Assembly (NCBI GenBank): GCA_963665295.1
Contig: OY762209.1
Location: 1,792,001 to 1,856,000 of the forward strand
DNA from: Syntrophorhabdaceae bacterium
GTDB taxonomy: Bacteria > Desulfobacterota > Syntrophorhabdia > Syntrophorhabdales > Syntrophorhabdaceae
Direction: 5' to 3'
Length of the DNA: 64,000 nucleotides
Shown one piece after another: positions 60,660 to 64,000 of the stretch; the first letter of the stretch is position 1; every line of letters begins with the position of its first letter. The position numbers and the translations under genes were made by a program. The notes beneath the pieces were generated by a model. That model did not search any database and had not been told where the DNA came from. It worked only from the letters and a program-made list of their open reading frames with translations.

Positions 60660-62392
60660 CGGGACACCCGCCTACTTGCGGCGACGCTCTTTCCCGGTAC
60701 GTTTTTCATAGTCCCGGTACTTTGCGCCGTCCTGTTCGTGAGGAGCACCAGGGCGCCGTCCGTTCCCATATCTCGCTTGAAGACGACGGAGAGTCGGCCC
60801 GTGGCCGACAATTCCTTCTCGTGCCTCATCTTCCTGTCCCTGATTACTATGTACAAAGGCTCTCTCCCCTCAAGGACGTGTCTCGCGACCTCTCCGGTTT
60901 CTATGACATACCGTCCCGTGTAGAAAGGGATCGCGCCTCTTAACGTCTCGTCGGGCTGATACGCGTAAAGGGGCGCTCCGACGGGCATCGCAGCTGCTAC
61001 CTGTTCGCAGAAAGGGACGAAACTCTTGTATCTGTCCAGTATGGGCACGAACACGACGAGGGTGAAGAGCAGTATGCAGTAAATGGAGATGGCGATTGAG
61101 ACCCAGTATCTCTTCATGTTCTCCCGGACAAGATACCGGAGCGCACCCAGGGGAAAAGCGGTGAGAAAGAAAGAAACCGCCACGATGGACACGGAAAGGC
61201 CGCGAGAGGCGTCCGGAACGTAGGCCTCTCTGAAACGAAAGTAGGCGGGTGTCAATCCGAGTCCGATGACAAGGAGGAGGAGGACGTTGAGCCACAGGAA
61301 CACCTTTCCTATCTTGTCGAGCCGTGTGTCGCTCATGCCTGCACTGATGGTGTAATCGATATAGAGGGCGGTCAACATGGCCATAGGGGCAAACAGAGGC
61401 ATAAGGTAGAGGATCCTCTTTGTTGACGCCAGGCTGAGAAAGGCCATTCCCGCGAAAAACCAGCATTTGGCAAAGAGACGTCCCTTGGCGGAAGGGGTAT
61501 GAGAGAGGCCTGTTTTCGAAAAAGCGAGATAGAGGGTAGGAACGAGAAGGATGCTCCAGGGAAGGAAACCGCCGGGAAATTCGGTGACATAGTAGTAAAA
61601 AGGATTGTGATGGCCTGAAGGGCTTCCCGCCATACCGGCCGGAAGAAACCTCTGGAGGTGGTTGTGGAGCAGAAAGACCTTCAGGTGTTCCGCGTCGGCC
61701 TGCCACACGGCCAGGAACCACGGAAGGGTCATGGCCAAGAATATGAGGATGCCGAGCCAGAGGTGCATCCTCATAAGCTCCTTGAGGTTTTTCTCCATTG
61801 CGAGAAACGCAACGATACCGAGCCCCGGGATCGCAATACCGATGAACCCTTTAACGTAGAAGGCAAGGCTGCATGCCACATAGAAAAGAATATAGAGGAG
61901 CAGTTTCTTTCTGCCGGGCTTTGCATGGTATCCTGAAAGGAAGAAGCCCGTTGCCGAGATCACGAAGAAGGTAAGGGCCCCGTCCACTATGACCCAGTGG
62001 GCTACCCGAAAGTATTCTCCTGTCGTAGCCAGGATAAGGCCCGAAAAAAGGGCAATCCGAGGCCCGAAAAGAAGGTTGGCCACAAAGAAAAGGGCGAGCA
62101 CCCCTGCGAAGGCGAAGAGGGCCGAGGGAATTCTCGCCACCCTGTCGGAGGTCCCGAAGACCTTATAGGCAAGGGCCAGAGAGCCGTAATACAGGGGAGG
62201 TTCCTCCAGGAAAGGCCTTTGATTGAGGGTGGGAACGGCCCAGTTGCCGGTAATGGCCATCTCCCGGCCGATCTCCGCCACCCTGGGTTCGTCGGCCGTC
62301 CAGAGACCGTGGTTCGCGAGGCCCAGCGAATAGAGGGGCGCAACTACGACAAGAAGAAGGATAAGATAGTGTAAAGCCTTTTTGTTTACCAT
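60656..62392 (-). CDS. ArnT/GT39-like membrane glycosyltransferase
   Basis: DEPRVAEIGREM, EEPPLYY, VKG, KRILYLMP. Confidence 0.9.
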   Translation of the reverse strand: MVNKKALHYLILLLVVVAPLYSLGLANHGLWTADEPRVAEIGREMAITGNWAVPTLNQRPFLEEPPLYYGSLALAYKVFGTSDRVARIPSALFAFAGVLALFFVANLLFGPRIALFSGLILATTGEYFRVAHWVIVDGALTFFVISATGFFLSGYHAKPGRKKLLLYILFYVACSLAFYVKGFIGIAIPGLGIVAFLAMEKNLKELMRMHLWLGILIFLAMTLPWFLAVWQADAEHLKVFLLHNHLQRFLPAGMAGSPSGHHNPFYYYVTEFPGGFLPWSILLVPTLYLAFSKTGLSHTPSAKGRLFAKCWFFAGMAFLSLASTKRILYLMPLFAPMAMLTALYIDYTISAGMSDTRLDKIGKVFLWLNVLLLLVIGLGLTPAYFRFREAYVPDASRGLSVSIVAVSFFLTAFPLGALRYLVRENMKRYWVSIAISIYCILLFTLVVFVPILDRYKSFVPFCEQVAAAMPVGAPLYAYQPDETLRGAIPFYTGRYVIETGEVARHVLEGREPLYIVIRDRKMRHEKELSATGRLSVVFKRDMGTDGALVLLTNRTAQSTGTMKNVPGKSVAASRRVSR

Positions 62393-62592
62393 GACAATCC
62401 CTCCCGGATAGTGTGTTCCTGTTGTAGCACGGCCGGGTTAACCGGGAGGTTGCGCGAACATTACCGATTGGTAATGTGATTGAACGGGGTTTATGCATCC
62501 CTGCGTTCTTGCTCCTCACGCCGGGATGTGTTTTATTTACGTGACATATGCCCCTGTTTTTCCTTAAGGAGAGGGATGGAACGAGAGTGAGC

Positions 62593-63569
62593 ATGCAAAG
62601 CGGATGGTTTTTCAGATTACTGGCTGTCGCGACATGTGTCGCAATAGCAATGGTTGCCCAGGCAGGAAACAATTACAAAGGGTACGTCAAGGGAGGCGTC
62701 TTTATCACCGCCGCGGAACTCCGGGGATTGATCCAATCCAGGGACCCCAAACTCGTCATTATCGCGGTGGCCAATCCGATGGACTACCACCTGGGCCACA
62801 TACCCGGAGCCATGGAACTCTGGCGTCCGGACTACGAGGCCGACCCTGCGAGCCAGGGCGGGGCGACGGACAATCTGATCGAGGCGAGGGTTTCACGAAA
62901 CTCATGCAGAGGGTGGGCGTGAACCCCGGTTCAAAGGTTGTTCTCTACGATCACAAATATGATGCGACCCGGCTGTGGTGGGCCTTTTACTATTATGGAA
63001 AGACCGACGTGAGGGTCCTCGACGGCGGAATAAAGGCATGGAAGGACGCAGGCTATCCGACAGACCTCTTTTCATTCAAAGACCCGGCCCGCGGCACGTG
63101 GATTGCGAAAATCACCTACCCCTTCATGCGCGTGGACACGGCCGACATACTGGCGCTCAGGGGCCGCAAAGACGCGCAACTCTGGGACACACGGGGCGAC
63201 TCCGAATTCTGCGGCAAAGAGATCAAACAAGACGCCCATCGCGCGGGGCGCATCCCGTGGGCGGTGCAGGCCGACTATGTTCTCGTGAAAAAGAAAGGGA
63301 ATGACGGCGAGTGGCGAACAGCGGACGACGTGCGGAGGACCATGAATGAACTCGGTTTTGACAGGCAGAAACAGCAATACTTTGTCTGCCAGTCGGGCGT
63401 CCGCACTACGCAATGGATAATCACGCTTTATGCGATGGGCTGGCCGGTGGAAAACCTCCACAACTACGACAGTTCATGGGTCGGATGGTCCCGGGACCCA
63501 ACGCTTCCCGTGGAGACAGGGTGTCCGGACACTACTCCCGCCCCATGGCAAACGAAGCAGGAACGATAG
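62593..63569 (+). pseudogene. Exported tandem rhodanese sulfurtransferase, frameshifted near 62885
   Basis: GHIPGA in one frame; ATRLWW, VLDGG, GRIP, CQSGVR, YDSSWVGW in another. Could be an assembly indel. Confidence 0.82.
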
Positions 63570-63603
63570 GTACAGGAACAAGGGGATACCCTCTCGGGAG
63601 GGC

Positions 63604-64000
63604 CTACTTTTCAGCGCATTGCAGGTCTTCGGCGAATCCGGAAACCCTGGAGGCGATGCCCGCAAAGAGGTCGTCTATCGCTTCTTCCCGGGGCAGTTCT
63701 TTCCGTATGCGCCACAGCAGGTCTCGTTCCATCGCAAGGCGCAGTGTGGATGGATAATTCAGTTCGTAAAACCATGTGGCTATCATGACAAGGATATCTC
63801 CCAGGGTGGAAAGATTACCATAGGGAACTGATTGCGTGTTTTGTGCTTCCTGAAGGGCTTCAGGGCTCACCTCACGAGAGAGGCGGATATGGGGCAGTAT
63901 GGTGCGCAGGTCCTGAAAACCGTCGGATGTTACGGCACCCAGGACAAGTTCCATGATGTCCAGTTTGTCCGCATCCCGAATCAATTTCAACAGCCGATCC
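63604..64000 (-). CDS. HD-domain protein, C-terminal part (runs off the window)
   Basis: LIRDADKLDI motif. Confidence 0.75.
   Translation of the reverse strand, partial: DRLLKLIRDADKLDIMELVLGAVTSDGFQDLRTILPHIRLSREVSPEALQEAQNTQSVPYGNLSTLGDILVMIATWFYELNYPSTLRLAMERDLLWRIRKELPREEAIDDLFAGIASRVSGFAEDLQCAEK

Overview
Bacterial chromosomal window, GC-rich overall. Gene content suggests an anaerobic Desulfobacterota (Syntrophorhabdus-like; inference only). The left part carries flgF, an arginine/ornithine cluster (ArcE-like arginine synthetase, class III aminotransferase, ornithine cyclodeaminase-like protein), a CHASE2 adenylate cyclase/FecR/MBL module, a CDF transporter, argD, serC, a frameshifted MFS gene and an OsmC gene with an in-frame TGA. 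The 10.56-11.07 kb intergenic region holds two homologous rod-like hairpins in divergent orientation around a third structured element. About 18.7-35.4 kb is an accessory polymorphic-toxin island: a ~2166 aa SpvB/FG-GAP/Rhs protein, a string of co-oriented exported ORFs (candidate orphan immunity genes), one full RAYT (HUH Y1) transposase element with 23-bp inverted repeats, two internally deleted derivatives of it, an IS66 element, and an IS110 element interrupted by an IS3. The right non-coding end of the IS110 contains a readable bridge-RNA-like structure whose guides match the RAYT terminal motif it has inserted into. The right part is mostly housekeeping: nucleases, a TetR-regulated RND efflux pump, suhB, V4R protein plus kinase, a glycogen-synthase-like islet, ogt, larE, marC, a sigma54-driven TPR glycosyltransferase, a two-component system with two ArnT genes, and a frameshifted rhodanese. 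No rRNA, tRNA or CRISPR array was seen. All calls are by eye; no database searches or folding programs were run.
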